IMG/VR virus record: IMGVR_UViG_3300032318_000218
Location: 1 to 38,381 of that record
Strand: one strand, 5' to 3'
From: a virus
Lineage: Duplodnaviria; Caudoviricetes
DNA: 38,381 nt
The translations under genes were made by a program, and so were the position numbers. This document shows, piece after piece, positions 38,355 to 38,381 of the stretch. Positions within the stretch are counted from its first letter, which is position 1. The number at the start of each line of letters is the position of its first letter. The notes beneath the pieces were generated by a model that was given only the letters and a program-made list of their open reading frames with translations, did no database searches and was not told where the DNA came from.

Positions 38355-38381
38355 GCCGAAACGCCCTTCGGGGCGTCGTGC
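38354..38381 (+). ncRNA. Type II hammerhead ribozyme, 5' part (truncated by window end)
   Basis: GGCC-GAAA-CGCCC-TTCG-GGGCG-TC-GTGC: stem II strand, GAAA core, stem III with UUCG loop, GUC cleavage triplet. The CUGANGA half is not visible. Confidence 0.6.

Overview
This window is most of a tailed dsDNA bacteriophage genome with podovirus-like architecture and a probable actinobacterial host. It encodes WhiB yet has only moderate GC by eye, which fits phages of low-GC freshwater Actinobacteria (inference). Nearly all genes lie on the minus strand. Reading from about 36.6 kb leftwards: terminase, portal, three large internal/ejection-type proteins, scaffold, major capsid protein, small basic peptides, a collagen-like fibre with an adjacent GT2-TPR glycosyltransferase, tail adaptor/fibre/tip genes, an AT-rich enzyme cassette, a nozzle-like tail protein and lysis genes. 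A second minus-strand block (9.1 kb to the left edge) holds a proteasome-beta/HslV-like Ntn hydrolase, a Cas4-like nuclease, WhiB, a DnaB-like helicase, a three-gene sugar cassette, an Hjc-type resolvase, a split primase, an Nmad1-like protein and a sigma-like factor. A structured non-coding region (36.6-37.45 kb) precedes small plus-strand early genes, and the window ends in what looks like the 5' part of a type II hammerhead ribozyme. The best candidates for undescribed systems are (1) a BclA/SgtA-like glycosylated collagen fibre module, (2) a glycosylation cassette within the replication operon alongside Nmad1, (3) the hammerhead and other structured RNAs, and (4) a TerS-like HTH fused to TerL. 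All product calls come from motif recognition by eye; no database searches were run.
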